The notes under the pieces: model-generated
The model's database searches: none
What the model saw: the letters and a program-made list of their open reading frames with translations, nothing else
What the model was told of the DNA's origin: nothing
Made by a program: the position numbers and the translations under genes
IMG/VR virus record: IMGVR_UViG_3300037467_001904
Coordinates: 11,367 to 75,366 of that record
Origin: a virus
Lineage: Duplodnaviria > Caudoviricetes
DNA: 64,000 bases
Strand: one strand, 5' to 3'
Shown: positions 37,516-46,046 of the stretch, in pieces
How positions within the stretch are numbered: the stretch's first letter is position 1
Layout: every line of letters starts with the position of its first letter

Positions 37516-37567
37516 TGGCTGGGGCGGGAGGGTTCGAACCTCCGAATGGCGGAATCAAAATCCGCTG
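37516..37567 (-). pseudogene. 3' 52 nt of tRNA-Gln(UUG); att-like relic
   Basis: Minus strand CAGCGGA-TTTTGAT-TCCGCCATTCGGAGGTTCGAACCCTCCCGCCCCAGCCA: anticodon arm, T-arm and CCA present; D-arm and 5' acceptor strand absent. Confidence 0.9.
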
Positions 37568-37642
37568 TCTACTTGTCTGAATGCGCATAGGCCGTAATCA
37601 ATAATCGGTCTCCGCTGAGGCGATGGAAATGGAGGCAGGTGC

Positions 37643-38074
37643 TCAAAAATCTGTTTCAATCTTTCCCAGCGGCATTACCCAATCGTCAGATGGCCGCTTC
37701 CATGGCCGCTCTTTATGAGTGGCTACCTCAATTCTCGTTACACTGGGCCCCACCGGAGGAAACTCGAACCAATTTTCCTCACCATGCCCGCCTGGGCGTG
37801 GCGACTTGCAAAACACGTGATAATCCTTCCTAGCAAGCACCTGATTGCCGGACCAATAGACTACATTCATAACCACCCACATCGGGACCCAAGGACGCCC
37901 ATTGCTGACTTTTACAGTAATATTGCCGCCGTTGTTCTCCCAAATATCCACAAACTGGCTTCGATCATCCTCATTGAAGCCATGAACGCCTGTCGCACGA
38001 TATGCCCAAGCGCGCTCCAAGGGGCCGATCAACAATGTAGCTGCAATGGCCAGTATCGCTTGTATTTTCGGCAT
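37643..38074 (-). CDS. Secreted hypothetical protein
   Basis: Signal-peptide-like MPKIQAILAIAATLLIGPLERAWA; Trp-rich mature part. Confidence 0.6.
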   Translation of the reverse strand: MPKIQAILAIAATLLIGPLERAWAYRATGVHGFNEDDRSQFVDIWENNGGNITVKVSNGRPWVPMWVVMNVVYWSGNQVLARKDYHVFCKSPRPGGHGEENWFEFPPVGPSVTRIEVATHKERPWKRPSDDWVMPLGKIETDF

Positions 38075-38309
38075 TCCAATCCTCCATCGATGGTACCGGG
38101 TGGAAGGGAAAGACAGCCGACGAGTCACGCTCTGGGCAAGAAGGTTTTGCTAGGTTGCCGTTGCGAGATCCATGTGGTGACTGCCTGGACACGACCAAGA
38201 AACGCCAGGGATCGTTACAGCGCCGTGACATGACCAAGAGCCGAAAGAGATCTAACATCGCCGCACCGCCGCCGTCCCGGCGCCGTAGGGGATGCGCTGC
38301 CGACGAGAT

Positions 38310-38690
38310 TCAGAGCTGCGTCCGATAATACGTCGTCACCCCGATTGTCGCAGTCCGCTCATCGATCGCGCCGACTTCCTTGCCATTGAGCAGCCAGACC
38401 AGGCCCATGATATCATAGCGGGTCAACGGCGCCACAGGATGCAGCCCGAACAGCTCCTCGGCCGTCCAGCCCAGTTCGGCCGCCTGGTCGCCCCAGTCCG
38501 ATAGGAACTCAATCGCGTCCTTCTTCGCCTGCTCCCAGCGCCGAGGATCCGGCGTCGGGTTCTCGCGCATCAGCTTGGCGAACTCTTCGGCGAACGGACC
38601 GGTATAGGATGGAGCTCGAGCAAGGGCGGCAGGCATCGGCATCTCTCCGTCAAACGGCAGATCGAACAGCTGCTCAGCAGGGTCGGCCAT
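38310..38690 (-). CDS. Hypothetical protein
   Basis: Clean ORF with RBS gaggtag; WGDQAAELGWTAEELFG...GLVWLL. Confidence 0.6.
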   Translation of the reverse strand: MADPAEQLFDLPFDGEMPMPAALARAPSYTGPFAEEFAKLMRENPTPDPRRWEQAKKDAIEFLSDWGDQAAELGWTAEELFGLHPVAPLTRYDIMGLVWLLNGKEVGAIDERTATIGVTTYYRTQL

Positions 38691-38711
38691 TGTCTCTACC
38701 TCTCAACGGAC

Positions 38712-38993
38712 TCAGCGACGGAACGGTGTAGATTCGGTTTCTGTTCGCACCCAGACGACGACCCACCTGGTGCCGACTTCCCCGCCCTCCGGCTCCAGCC
38801 GGAAGCTTATGTTGTCAACGCGCACGATGATCGCAGTGAAGGTCGCGGTGACGATGAAGGCGCCCAGGCCAGGCTGCTCGCCGGGCACGAGCTCAGGCGG
38901 CTCACCCGGAAGGATCGTGGCTGGATGATTGGGCCACGGCATCTGCTTCAGCAGCAGCACAGCGCCGCGGCGAATTTCCGGCCGAGGCATCAT
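38712..38993 (-). CDS. Hypothetical protein
   Basis: Start overlaps the SRAP stop codon. Confidence 0.5.
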   Translation of the reverse strand: MMPRPEIRRGAVLLLKQMPWPNHPATILPGEPPELVPGEQPGLGAFIVTATFTAIIVRVDNISFRLEPEGGEVGTRWVVVWVRTETESTPFRR

Positions 38994-39658
38994 TGCTGCG
39001 CGGAGCTCGCATTCGCCGGCCGGGGTACGATCACAAGCTGATCGCCCGGCAATGGGCGCTGCAGTGCCTTCGCCTCACTCCACGGCGCCCGCATCCAGAC
39101 ATCTCGCTCTTCGGCTGTCGTCAGGATCACCGGCATAGCTCGCTTGTGATGAGGCTTCACAACTGCGTTCGCGTCCGTCGTCAGGAAGCCGAAGACGTCG
39201 ATCGTGACCTCGCCTTCCTTAACCTTTCGGACCGCAGTCCAGTTCGTCCAAATGCCGGCGAAGACTGCCAGAGGCTTGTTGTCGTTGAGGGCGAACCACT
39301 TCAGCGCCTTGCCGCCCTTCTCATTCTTCTCGCTGTCCGAGTATTCGGAAAAGGCGGTGAACGGCACCAGGCATCGGCTTTCCGGGCCCAGCCAGCGACG
39401 CCAGTGAGGGGAAGAGACATTGCGGATGTTGGTCACGCCAATATCGGCCTTCTTTCCTTCCAAATACTTCGGAGGGGTTGGCATCCCCCAGCGCGCCAGC
39501 GCAAGTTCCCGGACGCCGTCGGCTCCGTCCCTTATGATCGGCGAAGGATAATCAGGATAGACGTCGACGGCATCAGGCCAGTTGACGGTGTCGCGGATGA
39601 CCGGGCCCAGAAGCCGCAATTCCTCCTGGGTCATTTCCTGATTAAACAGATTGCACAC
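38990..39658 (-). CDS. SOS response-associated peptidase (SRAP / YedK / HMCES family)
   Basis: GTG start with RBS agggag gives N-terminal M-C-N-L; [40 protein letters not shown]. Confidence 0.9.
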   Translation of the reverse strand: MCNLFNQEMTQEELRLLGPVIRDTVNWPDAVDVYPDYPSPIIRDGADGVRELALARWGMPTPPKYLEGKKADIGVTNIRNVSSPHWRRWLGPESRCLVPFTAFSEYSDSEKNEKGGKALKWFALNDNKPLAVFAGIWTNWTAVRKVKEGEVTIDVFGFLTTDANAVVKPHHKRAMPVILTTAEERDVWMRAPWSEAKALQRPLPGDQLVIVPRPANASSAQQ

Positions 39659-39668
39659 TGGCAGCTCC

Positions 39669-40052
39669 CTAGGTCGGCGAGTGGGAATCATTCTCCCAAT
39701 TGCCGTCGGAAAATTCGGCAAGCTGCTGCACGGTATAGCCAAGGCCGAAAGACGCAAGCGGTGCCGGGTTTGCCCAGCCCTGGCAGATGGCAGCGGCGGC
39801 CACTGCGCGAGCCTGCTCCCAGATGTCGGCAAGGCGCTCCTCTTCCTTCGTCACCCCACCTTCGCCCATCATCATGCCTTCGTAGGCAAAGGCGCCTTCA
39901 GCAGCTTGCTCAGGGGTGCAATTGTTCGCAGCGAAGAAAGCCAGCGCGGCAGCGTGGCCTCGTTCAAGCTCAGCCTCGGTGGCGCCGCGTAGGTAGACGC
40001 CAAGCGACTGCGAGGTTTCGGTCGGTTTCCAGGTGTCGACGGTACCGGTCAT
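39669..40052 (-). CDS. Hypothetical protein, first gene of the SRAP operon
   Basis: RBS ggaagg; ends 10 nt before the SRAP start. Confidence 0.6.
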   Translation of the reverse strand: MTGTVDTWKPTETSQSLGVYLRGATEAELERGHAAALAFFAANNCTPEQAAEGAFAYEGMMMGEGGVTKEEERLADIWEQARAVAAAAICQGWANPAPLASFGLGYTVQQLAEFSDGNWENDSHSPT

Positions 40053-40102
40053 TTCAATGTCCTTCCGTTGTGGATCCAGGGGCGAGCGTCATAGCATGAC
40101 GT

Positions 40103-40117
40103 GAACGAAATGAGAAC
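40103..40117. promoter_or_regulatory. Alphaproteobacterial LexA box
   Basis: GAAC-gaaatga-GAAC in the divergent intergenic region. Confidence 0.75.
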
Positions 40118-40173
40118 AAAAGAGTCGACTCGTCCTACAATCAGGATTAGCCTTCCTGACATGGAGACGGCGT

Positions 40174-40737
40174 ATGGAGGCCAAAATGCTGGAAAAACGA
40201 CGAGTTACCGTCGATATCGATGAGAAATCCGGCCCCACCTATGAGGAAGCCATAAAGCTCGACGATCTGCGCACCAAGCTCAAGGATGCCGAGAGGGTGC
40301 AGTTGGTTCTTCTGCGCGCCTGCACGGAGATGGCGCGTGAGCTCGATCTCGCACGGGTGGAACTCAAGATCTTCGACGAAGCCAAGGCCAACCCCGGCGA
40401 CGATCGGATCAGCCTTGAGGACCTTGAGCGGATGGACGGCCTGAATCCCGACTGCAGTTTCGAGGGCGTCGTCAACAGCTGGCTTCATGACGCCGGCGGC
40501 GACGCAATGCTCGCTCTTCGTCGCATGGTCCGCCGCAGCTTTGCCAACGACAATGAGCTCGATACGACCCGGCTCGCTTTATACGATCTGCAAGTGAAGC
40601 ATGGCGAGAAGCCTCTTGGGATCGAGGATCCTGAGGAACTGCGCGCCCATCTGAAGACGATGTTCGATCGAGAGATGCGGGAGATTTCGGATAGATGGGT
40701 CAGCGTGAAGCTGACGCCGGACGATACCGCGAACTGA
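40174..40737 (+). CDS. Hypothetical coiled-coil protein
   Basis: RBS ggag; 187 aa; stop overlaps the next ATG. Confidence 0.6.
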   Translation: MEAKMLEKRRVTVDIDEKSGPTYEEAIKLDDLRTKLKDAERVQLVLLRACTEMARELDLARVELKIFDEAKANPGDDRISLEDLERMDGLNPDCSFEGVVNSWLHDAGGDAMLALRRMVRRSFANDNELDTTRLALYDLQVKHGEKPLGIEDPEELRAHLKTMFDREMREISDRWVSVKLTPDDTAN

Positions 40738-40949
40738 TGACGACGCCGGCCCAAGAGCCGGCCCCCGATGATCTCGAAACCAGTGTCGACGACGCAATCG
40801 CAGCCTGTGAGGGCGACGCGAGGGCGGCCGTTCGTGCCCTACTGGTGGCGCTGCATCATTGCCAGGCCGAGCTCGAACAACGAAACAAAGAGATCGCGCG
40901 GCTCACGCGGGACATCTCGCGGGGCTATTCGCGCGGGCGTTATGGGTGA
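40737..40949 (+). CDS. Small hypothetical protein
   Basis: VDDAIAACEGDARAAVRALL...ISRGYSRG; coupled on both sides. Confidence 0.6.
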   Translation: MTTPAQEPAPDDLETSVDDAIAACEGDARAAVRALLVALHHCQAELEQRNKEIARLTRDISRGYSRGRYG

Positions 40950-41619
40950 ATTGACCTGGACTAGACATTACGGGGAGATCAAGGGGCTGAAGTTTCAGGA
41001 ATATGGCCCCTTCCCTCAGACCGTTGCGGAGGCCATCGAGCATGGCTGGACAGCCCTAATGGTCGGCCTCTGGAAATGCGAATTCAGATGCGAGCGAGAG
41101 GGCAATCTCCTCTTCCAGCAGTTGGCGGATCGAGGCGAGCAGCATTGTTCGCTTGCCTGGCTCTACGACAGCGCCGTTTGTAGGCGCTGCGGTCGCAAGC
41201 CGGAATTTTCGCATCTCGGCCATAGGTTCCGCAGGGGCGAGCTTGTTGTCTGGCATCGGCGGGCTGTCCATTTCATGGATGGCAAGGCTGTCAGCTTAGG
41301 CCTCGCCGAGGGCGCAGACATCCGACGCGGCGCCGAAAAGCTCCCGCCGGACCACAAGGTGCCGACGGTCGGCCAACTATTCCAGGAGCCGGGATGGCTC
41401 TGGATCGTGTGCGAGAAGTGCAATCGCTTTAAGCCAGTCCGAACTCAATCCCTCATACAGCGATGGGGCCGTGACACCTCGAGCAATGTGATTCTGCGCG
41501 CGATGCGCTGCAAAAGATGCCAATGGAAGCGCGCCAGGTTTCAAAGCCCAAGTTGGGGAGGCGCGCAAAACCAATGGGCGTCGTTCCCAGGAAATGAATT
41601 CAGGGACGACGAGCTCTGA
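40942..41619 (+). CDS. Protein with two putative zinc-ribbon modules
   Basis: CEFRC...CRRCG and WIVCEKC...MRCKRC. Confidence 0.6.
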   Translation: MGELTWTRHYGEIKGLKFQEYGPFPQTVAEAIEHGWTALMVGLWKCEFRCEREGNLLFQQLADRGEQHCSLAWLYDSAVCRRCGRKPEFSHLGHRFRRGELVVWHRRAVHFMDGKAVSLGLAEGADIRRGAEKLPPDHKVPTVGQLFQEPGWLWIVCEKCNRFKPVRTQSLIQRWGRDTSSNVILRAMRCKRCQWKRARFQSPSWGGAQNQWASFPGNEFRDDEL

Positions 41620-41842
41620 GCGCTTCGGCGATCTGACGATCTGTCTCTGCGTTCTCGGCCTTGGCCAGCATGTGGTGATCGGCAAGGCTCTGCAGCGCCA
41701 AGGTGATATCGATCGTGTCCCACCCTGCCCGCTCGGCTCGCTCGACCAGATCCTGAAAGGCACGCTCCAGAGCCTCCTCGCATTCAAGCAAGCGGTCGGA
41801 GATGTCAGCCGTTCTCTTTGGGCCGGCGATCGGTGCGCTCAT
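41600..41842 (-). CDS. Small hypothetical protein
   Basis: DRLLECEEALERAFQDLVERAERAGW. Confidence 0.55.
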   Translation of the reverse strand: MSAPIAGPKRTADISDRLLECEEALERAFQDLVERAERAGWDTIDITLALQSLADHHMLAKAENAETDRQIAEALRARRP

Positions 41843-41890
41843 GGAAATCCATAATACAACACCAGTCGGGGAATTGCATTGCCCCCCGAA

Positions 41891-42087
41891 AAGGTGCGAC
41901 ACACGCCAGCGAAAAGCCCAACAATTCCCCTTCACAAGGTGCGACGTCCGAAGGCCATAACTAATTGATTTTGCACAATCGTTAGTAGCCCCTAGGGCGC
42001 GCCACACTGCTAAGTCACCTCTGACTTATCAGTCACTTACTGACCGAAATTGTCGCACCTCCCGTAACCACCCCTCAAGGTGCGACA
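41891..42087. other. attP-like site: tRNA-Glu-3'-like core, four arm-type repeats and two IHF boxes
   Basis: Core cccctagggcgcgcca 41989-42004. AGGTGCGAC repeats within 41891-41901, 41936-41946, 42051-42060 (inverted) and 42077-42087. WATCARN4TTR at 41958-41970 (-) and 42027-42039 (+). Confidence 0.75.
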
Positions 42088-43208
42088 CGGCTGTGCCGTT
42101 TCCGTTCACTCGGTTCCGTCAATACCTTGGCTGCAACGAGCGTCTCCGCGATGCGCTCGAAGCCCTTGGTCGCCAGGACGAGCGCCCTCGCCTTCTTCGT
42201 GTACGTGCCGGACTGGCGATTGTTCGCCCAGCCATACATCGCCTCGAGCTCGACCTCTGAGCCTCCGTTTTCCGAGCAGAGCGTCGCGCCGCCTTTGCGC
42301 AGCCCGTGAGCGGTACAGTCAGGAAGCTTGGCTTCGGTGCAGCGATCCTTGAACCAATTCCCGAACGCCGCGCCAGATGCGAATGGCTTGCCATATGCCG
42401 TCAGAAGGTATGGCAGTTGATCGGTCTCGGGCATCGACTCGATCGCTTGCACCAACGGCCAGGGCACTTCGGTGATCAAATCGGCGCCTGTCTTGCTGGT
42501 CTTGAAGTTGACCTTCCCAGAGCGAGCATGCTGGCGGCCGAACTTCGTCGCGTCGGATCTGCGGAGGCCAGTGAAGAGCAGGACCATGCACGCCAGATAG
42601 GGCATCGTGCCAATCGGGTGCCTTTTCACGTAGGCCCTGATGTCCTCGACAGTCCAGGTGTAAAATCCCTCGGTCTCGATCTTGATTTTCGGGATGCCGG
42701 CCGCCGGGCTGGTCTCGATGATCTTGACACTGACAGCCCAGGTATACAGGGCCTTCATGGATTTCAGCCATTCGTTGGCGTTCCCTGGCACCGCCGATCG
42801 CTTCGCAACACCCTTGGCGATGTTCTCGCCGGGGATCATCATGGGCTTGTGCCCGTGTTCCTTCTTCATTGCCTCCAGGAACTTCCGCCTTCGCTTGCGG
42901 CCGAGCGCTTCCATCCTGAGGAATTTGGTGGATTCGGTGAAATAGCGATCGATCAGCCAGCCCAGCGTCTTCGGTGCAAACGGCACCCTCGCATCATGCT
43001 TGGCAGATTTGGGCGCATTCTCTTCAACGCCGGCGAAAAGCGTTTTCACCGCGGCGCGATACTCGTCGAGAAATTCAGGCGAAGAGACCGGGTGCTTCAG
43101 CCGTATCCGCTTGCCCTTCAGGCGAGCATAGACCACGCGCCGCCCGTGGCGGGTTTTCTCTTCGCTCAGATATTTGAGATCGACCTCCATTAGGTCAGGG
43201 TGCTTCAT
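42075..43208 (-). CDS. int: Tyrosine integrase
   Basis: LFTGLRRSDA (R), FKTSKTG (K), TAHGLRKGGA (HxxR), MYGW and GTYTK (Y); points toward the att core. Confidence 0.95.
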   Translation of the reverse strand: MKHPDLMEVDLKYLSEEKTRHGRRVVYARLKGKRIRLKHPVSSPEFLDEYRAAVKTLFAGVEENAPKSAKHDARVPFAPKTLGWLIDRYFTESTKFLRMEALGRKRRRKFLEAMKKEHGHKPMMIPGENIAKGVAKRSAVPGNANEWLKSMKALYTWAVSVKIIETSPAAGIPKIKIETEGFYTWTVEDIRAYVKRHPIGTMPYLACMVLLFTGLRRSDATKFGRQHARSGKVNFKTSKTGADLITEVPWPLVQAIESMPETDQLPYLLTAYGKPFASGAAFGNWFKDRCTEAKLPDCTAHGLRKGGATLCSENGGSEVELEAMYGWANNRQSGTYTKKARALVLATKGFERIAETLVAAKVLTEPSERKRHSRVAP

Positions 43209-43485
43209 CGCCCCAAGCGCCGTCAACGTCGTCTTCTGGGGATTGCGGGGACTGCTCGTCCCTGAGCTGATCAAAAGCCGAATCGAGGGCGCGCATATCC
43301 CATATCACTCGCCGGTCGATCCGGATCGGCTTCGGCATCTTGCCCGTTCCAACGAGCTCGAGGAACTTCGTCTGGCTCAAACCGATGTAGGCGGCCGCCT
43401 CTTCGCATGACAGGCCACGCCGCGGCGCCGGCGACAGTGGCAGCACGATGGTGGTCGCGGCATCGATGGCGCGGGCGTGCTTCAT
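43195..43485 (-). CDS. Excisionase / AlpA-like HTH
   Basis: GLSCEEAAAYIGLSQTKF...MPKPIRIDRRVIWD; overlaps the int start. Confidence 0.8.
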   Translation of the reverse strand: MKHARAIDAATTIVLPLSPAPRRGLSCEEAAAYIGLSQTKFLELVGTGKMPKPIRIDRRVIWDMRALDSAFDQLRDEQSPQSPEDDVDGAWGDEAP

Positions 43486-44159
43486 GCCGCCTCCTTCAAC
43501 GTATCGATGTTCTGCTTATGGACATCGAAGGCGGTTGCCGAAACCCATGGATTTTCCGACCAGGAATCGGGGCCGTTGATATGCTCCCAGAGATGGCGAT
43601 AGGCGTTCACGGCACTTCCGTATGTCGAGCGGACCAAGCCGCGCCGGTCATCGATGGACAAGCCGGTCCAGGGCACCTTGTCGAGCCCTTCGCACCAGGT
43701 GCAAACGCCCTCGGCCCAGGCATCTTCCTCGCTAATTTCTTGCAACCGCTCGACCTTGACGCCGGTCACGATCAGCGTGATGCGCGAGGCCGACCTCGGC
43801 ATAAAGATTGATGGCCGCCATCCTACGGGGTCGCCGTTGTCCATTGGCTGCGCGCCAGGATCTGCGCGATAGACGACGCGCTTATGCGCTCGGCTCTGAC
43901 CATCGTCGTACCAGTCATATCCCCAAGTCTCTTTGCACCAGAGCCGGTCGCCGCCGGCATAGCGCGAGCGTTCAAGATAGAACTCGCGCTCCCATGTCCG
44001 GTACGTAGGGACGCCAGCAGACACGTTGCTGCACCACTCGTCATATTCCCAATAGGCCTCTTGCGTCTTTTGGGGAATAAGCCGCCGCGTCTGGGTCTTT
44101 GTGCCAGCGAGCAAGGCGCGTATCATCGGGGCGCTGAAAAGAATCGGGCGATCGGTCAT
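43482..44159 (-). CDS. ASCH/PUA-like phage protein
   Basis: RPILFSAPMIRALLAGTKTQTRR...WRPSIFMPRSASRITL...VERLQEISEEDA...WSENPWV. Confidence 0.75.
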   Translation of the reverse strand: MTDRPILFSAPMIRALLAGTKTQTRRLIPQKTQEAYWEYDEWCSNVSAGVPTYRTWEREFYLERSRYAGGDRLWCKETWGYDWYDDGQSRAHKRVVYRADPGAQPMDNGDPVGWRPSIFMPRSASRITLIVTGVKVERLQEISEEDAWAEGVCTWCEGLDKVPWTGLSIDDRRGLVRSTYGSAVNAYRHLWEHINGPDSWSENPWVSATAFDVHKQNIDTLKEAA

Positions 44160-44377
44160 CAGACGAGCCCCTTCTCGATTGCGAGCCATTCAGGAACCGT
44201 CAAATCGTGATAGAGGATGCCATTGACCTTTGCTTTCGGCGCGATCTCGATCTTGCTCTTGGGAAGCCAGACGGCCCCCTTCCGGTCTTCATGATCCTCG
44301 CTGACTAGCAGGGCCGAGTCCGTCTCGTGATGGACGAAAACGACCATGTCGTAGAGCGCTTCGGTAAGACGGCCCAT
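44159..44377 (-). CDS. Small hypothetical protein
   Basis: HHETDSALLV...VWLPKS...LTVPEWLAIEKGLV. Confidence 0.6.
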   Translation of the reverse strand: MGRLTEALYDMVVFVHHETDSALLVSEDHEDRKGAVWLPKSKIEIAPKAKVNGILYHDLTVPEWLAIEKGLV

Positions 44378-44637
44378 CAAATCCCCCCTGCCGCTTCGAT
44401 GGCGGCTGCTTTGCAATCGGCCCGGACTTCCTCGATCTGCGCCTTGGTGATGCCGCCGTTGTTCCGGAACCATTCCCAGGAACCGCGTTTCAGCAAGCCA
44501 AGCTTTTCGAGGCGCCAGACCAACGACATCGGCTTCATCTCGGCCATGTCCGCGATCACGATGGCCATGCGCCGGGTGAACATGGTTTGGCCGGCCTTGT
44601 GGGCGTGGAAGGCGGCTTCCAGGGTGATGTCATCCAT
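44377..44637 (-). CDS. Hypothetical protein
   Basis: Coupled ORF in the early-left operon. Confidence 0.5.
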   Translation of the reverse strand: MDDITLEAAFHAHKAGQTMFTRRMAIVIADMAEMKPMSLVWRLEKLGLLKRGSWEWFRNNGGITKAQIEEVRADCKAAAIEAAGGI

Positions 44638-44932
44638 GGGACACTTTCCATTCGATTGAGATGGCTTTCGCCTCATCCATGGACATCGGCCGGAACTGCT
44701 CGAAATTACCGTCGGGCATAGCCTTGAATGCCCAGTTTGAGCGCTGTCGGCCGGCTGGGTCATAGTGCCGATTGCAACGCGGGCAGAAAAAGTGCAGTCC
44801 GCCGGTCTTGTAGACCATTGGATTTCGACCGCAGCAGCGGCCCTGGTCGAGAGTGGTCGGCGCGAAAATGCCGTGCTCGATCGTGCAGCCGTGCTCGTTG
44901 ACGGAATAGGTGAAGGGGTTGAGGGGCATCAT
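44630..44932 (-). CDS. Small Cys-containing protein
   Basis: RCCGR...FFCPRCNRHYD. Confidence 0.55.
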   Translation of the reverse strand: MMPLNPFTYSVNEHGCTIEHGIFAPTTLDQGRCCGRNPMVYKTGGLHFFCPRCNRHYDPAGRQRSNWAFKAMPDGNFEQFRPMSMDEAKAISIEWKVSHG

Positions 44933-45924
44933 TCTGCGGCCTCCATCACGCGAACAAGGAAAGCTGCGGCGCTGGAGCCGGCGGCGGCGAGGCGAGGCAG
45001 GAGAGTGCGAACCGCATATGCTGCTTCCAGTGGCACAACGCCGTTTCCGAGCATTCGGAGGCGGTCCACCCTGCTGGCCATCCCATCAGCCATTCCACGA
45101 ACAGCGGGGACAAGGTAGGGCGCTTCTCGGAGAACGCGCTGCCATCCTTGAACGTCTGCAGGACCGGGAGGGAAGATAGCCGGATGGCATCGGTCAGTGT
45201 GATTCCAGGATTGAACGCCTTGCTGGCCTGTGTCCGACCCGCCGTGAGAGAGGCGGAAGCGCGTGAGTCGGCGACCGTCACCGTCGGCCACTGCGCTGCT
45301 TGGGCCGGTAGTGGAATTCCTCCTGCCCCAAAACTCTGGTTCGGACCGCCCTTCTCTCCGTCCGTTGCGCGAGGCGTCGACCATTGCAAGGGCGAGGACA
45401 AATACACGTTCTCGCGGGTGTGGCGCGCCAACCTCTGACGCCGTGAACAGTCCGCCCTCAACCGCAAAGCCCAGCTTCTGAAGGTCTCGCCATACCCTTT
45501 CGGCGCCAGCGATTTCGTCATCCCCCGCCGCAAGCATGCCGCTGACATTTTCGATGAGGACGAGCCAGGGACGTGCCTGCACGATGATGCGTCGGGCATC
45601 GGACCAGAGGTCGCGTTCGTCATGGCTGCCCCGCTTGCGGCCGGCGAGGGAATGCGGCTGGCACGGGATGCCGCCAATGACGCCATCCACGAGGCCGCGC
45701 CACTCTCTGCCGCGGAAGGTTCGGGCATTGCTCCACACAGGCGCTGGAGCCACGAGACCTTGGCGCATCGCTTCGACCAGGTGGGCGACGGCGAAGGCTT
45801 CCCTCTCCACCAGACAGACCGGGCGAGCGCCTGGGATTGCCAGCTCGAGGCCAAGGTCGAGCCCTCCGCCTCCGCTGCAGAGGGAGATGAAGTCGAGGGG
45901 TCGCAATTCGGGATGTACAGCCAC
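44929..45924 (-). CDS. C5-cytosine DNA methyltransferase, alpha polypeptide (motifs I-VIII and X)
   Basis: SLCSGGGG (I), GGIPCQPHSLAG (IV), IENVSG (VI), HPRERVF (VIII), RLRMLGNGVVP (X); GTG 45924. Confidence 0.9.
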   Translation of the reverse strand: MAVHPELRPLDFISLCSGGGGLDLGLELAIPGARPVCLVEREAFAVAHLVEAMRQGLVAPAPVWSNARTFRGREWRGLVDGVIGGIPCQPHSLAGRKRGSHDERDLWSDARRIIVQARPWLVLIENVSGMLAAGDDEIAGAERVWRDLQKLGFAVEGGLFTASEVGAPHPRERVFVLALAMVDASRNGRREGRSEPEFWGRRNSTTGPSSAVADGDGRRLTRFRLSHGGSDTGQQGVQSWNHTDRCHPAIFPPGPADVQGWQRVLREAPYLVPAVRGMADGMASRVDRLRMLGNGVVPLEAAYAVRTLLPRLAAAGSSAAAFLVRVMEAAE

Positions 45925-45926
45925 AT
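44946..45926 (-). CDS. Nested alternative-frame ORF: putative beta polypeptide of the MTase (motif IX / target-recognition region)
   Basis: 326 uninterrupted codons inside the MTase gene; WSTPRATD/WPTVTVAD repeats and LSPLFVEWLMGWPAGWT; ATG 45926 two nt from the alpha GTG. Confidence 0.7.
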   Translation of the reverse strand: MWLYIPNCDPSTSSPSAAEAEGSTLASSWQSQALARSVWWRGKPSPSPTWSKRCAKVSWLQRLCGAMPEPSAAESGAASWMASLAASRASRIPSPAASGAAMTNATSGPMPDASSCRHVPGSSSSKMSAACLRRGMTKSLAPKGYGETFRSWALRLRADCSRRQRLARHTRENVYLSSPLQWSTPRATDGEKGGPNQSFGAGGIPLPAQAAQWPTVTVADSRASASLTAGRTQASKAFNPGITLTDAIRLSSLPVLQTFKDGSAFSEKRPTLSPLFVEWLMGWPAGWTASECSETALCHWKQHMRFALSCLASPPPAPAPQLSLFA

Positions 45927-46046
45927 TCAAGCCGCTCCTCCCATTGCTTCGAACCTGTCGATAAGCCCTCCCCGCCCCAACGGCAGGTGATTGAAAGAGC
46001 GCAGAGACTCGGCCCAACGTCGTGAGACCGTGCGGGGGCAAAGACG

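Larger units (their letters stand above)
1..42004 (+). mobile_element. Prophage segment A (replication, late, morphogenesis, lysis and terminal cargo) of a contractile-tailed temperate phage
   Basis: Contiguous order initiator-primase/helicase-late regulator-terS-terL-portal-head-tail-baseplate-fibres-lysis, ending at a tRNA-3'-like att core at 41989-42004. Confidence 0.85.

Noticed and set aside
37516-37567. Functional tRNA-Gln gene
   Set aside because: D-arm and 5' acceptor strand are missing; sequence beyond 37567 does not pair with the 3' end.
38993-40099. 368-aa plus-strand ORF
   Set aside because: Antisense to SRAP and its upstream gene; Arg-rich shadow composition.
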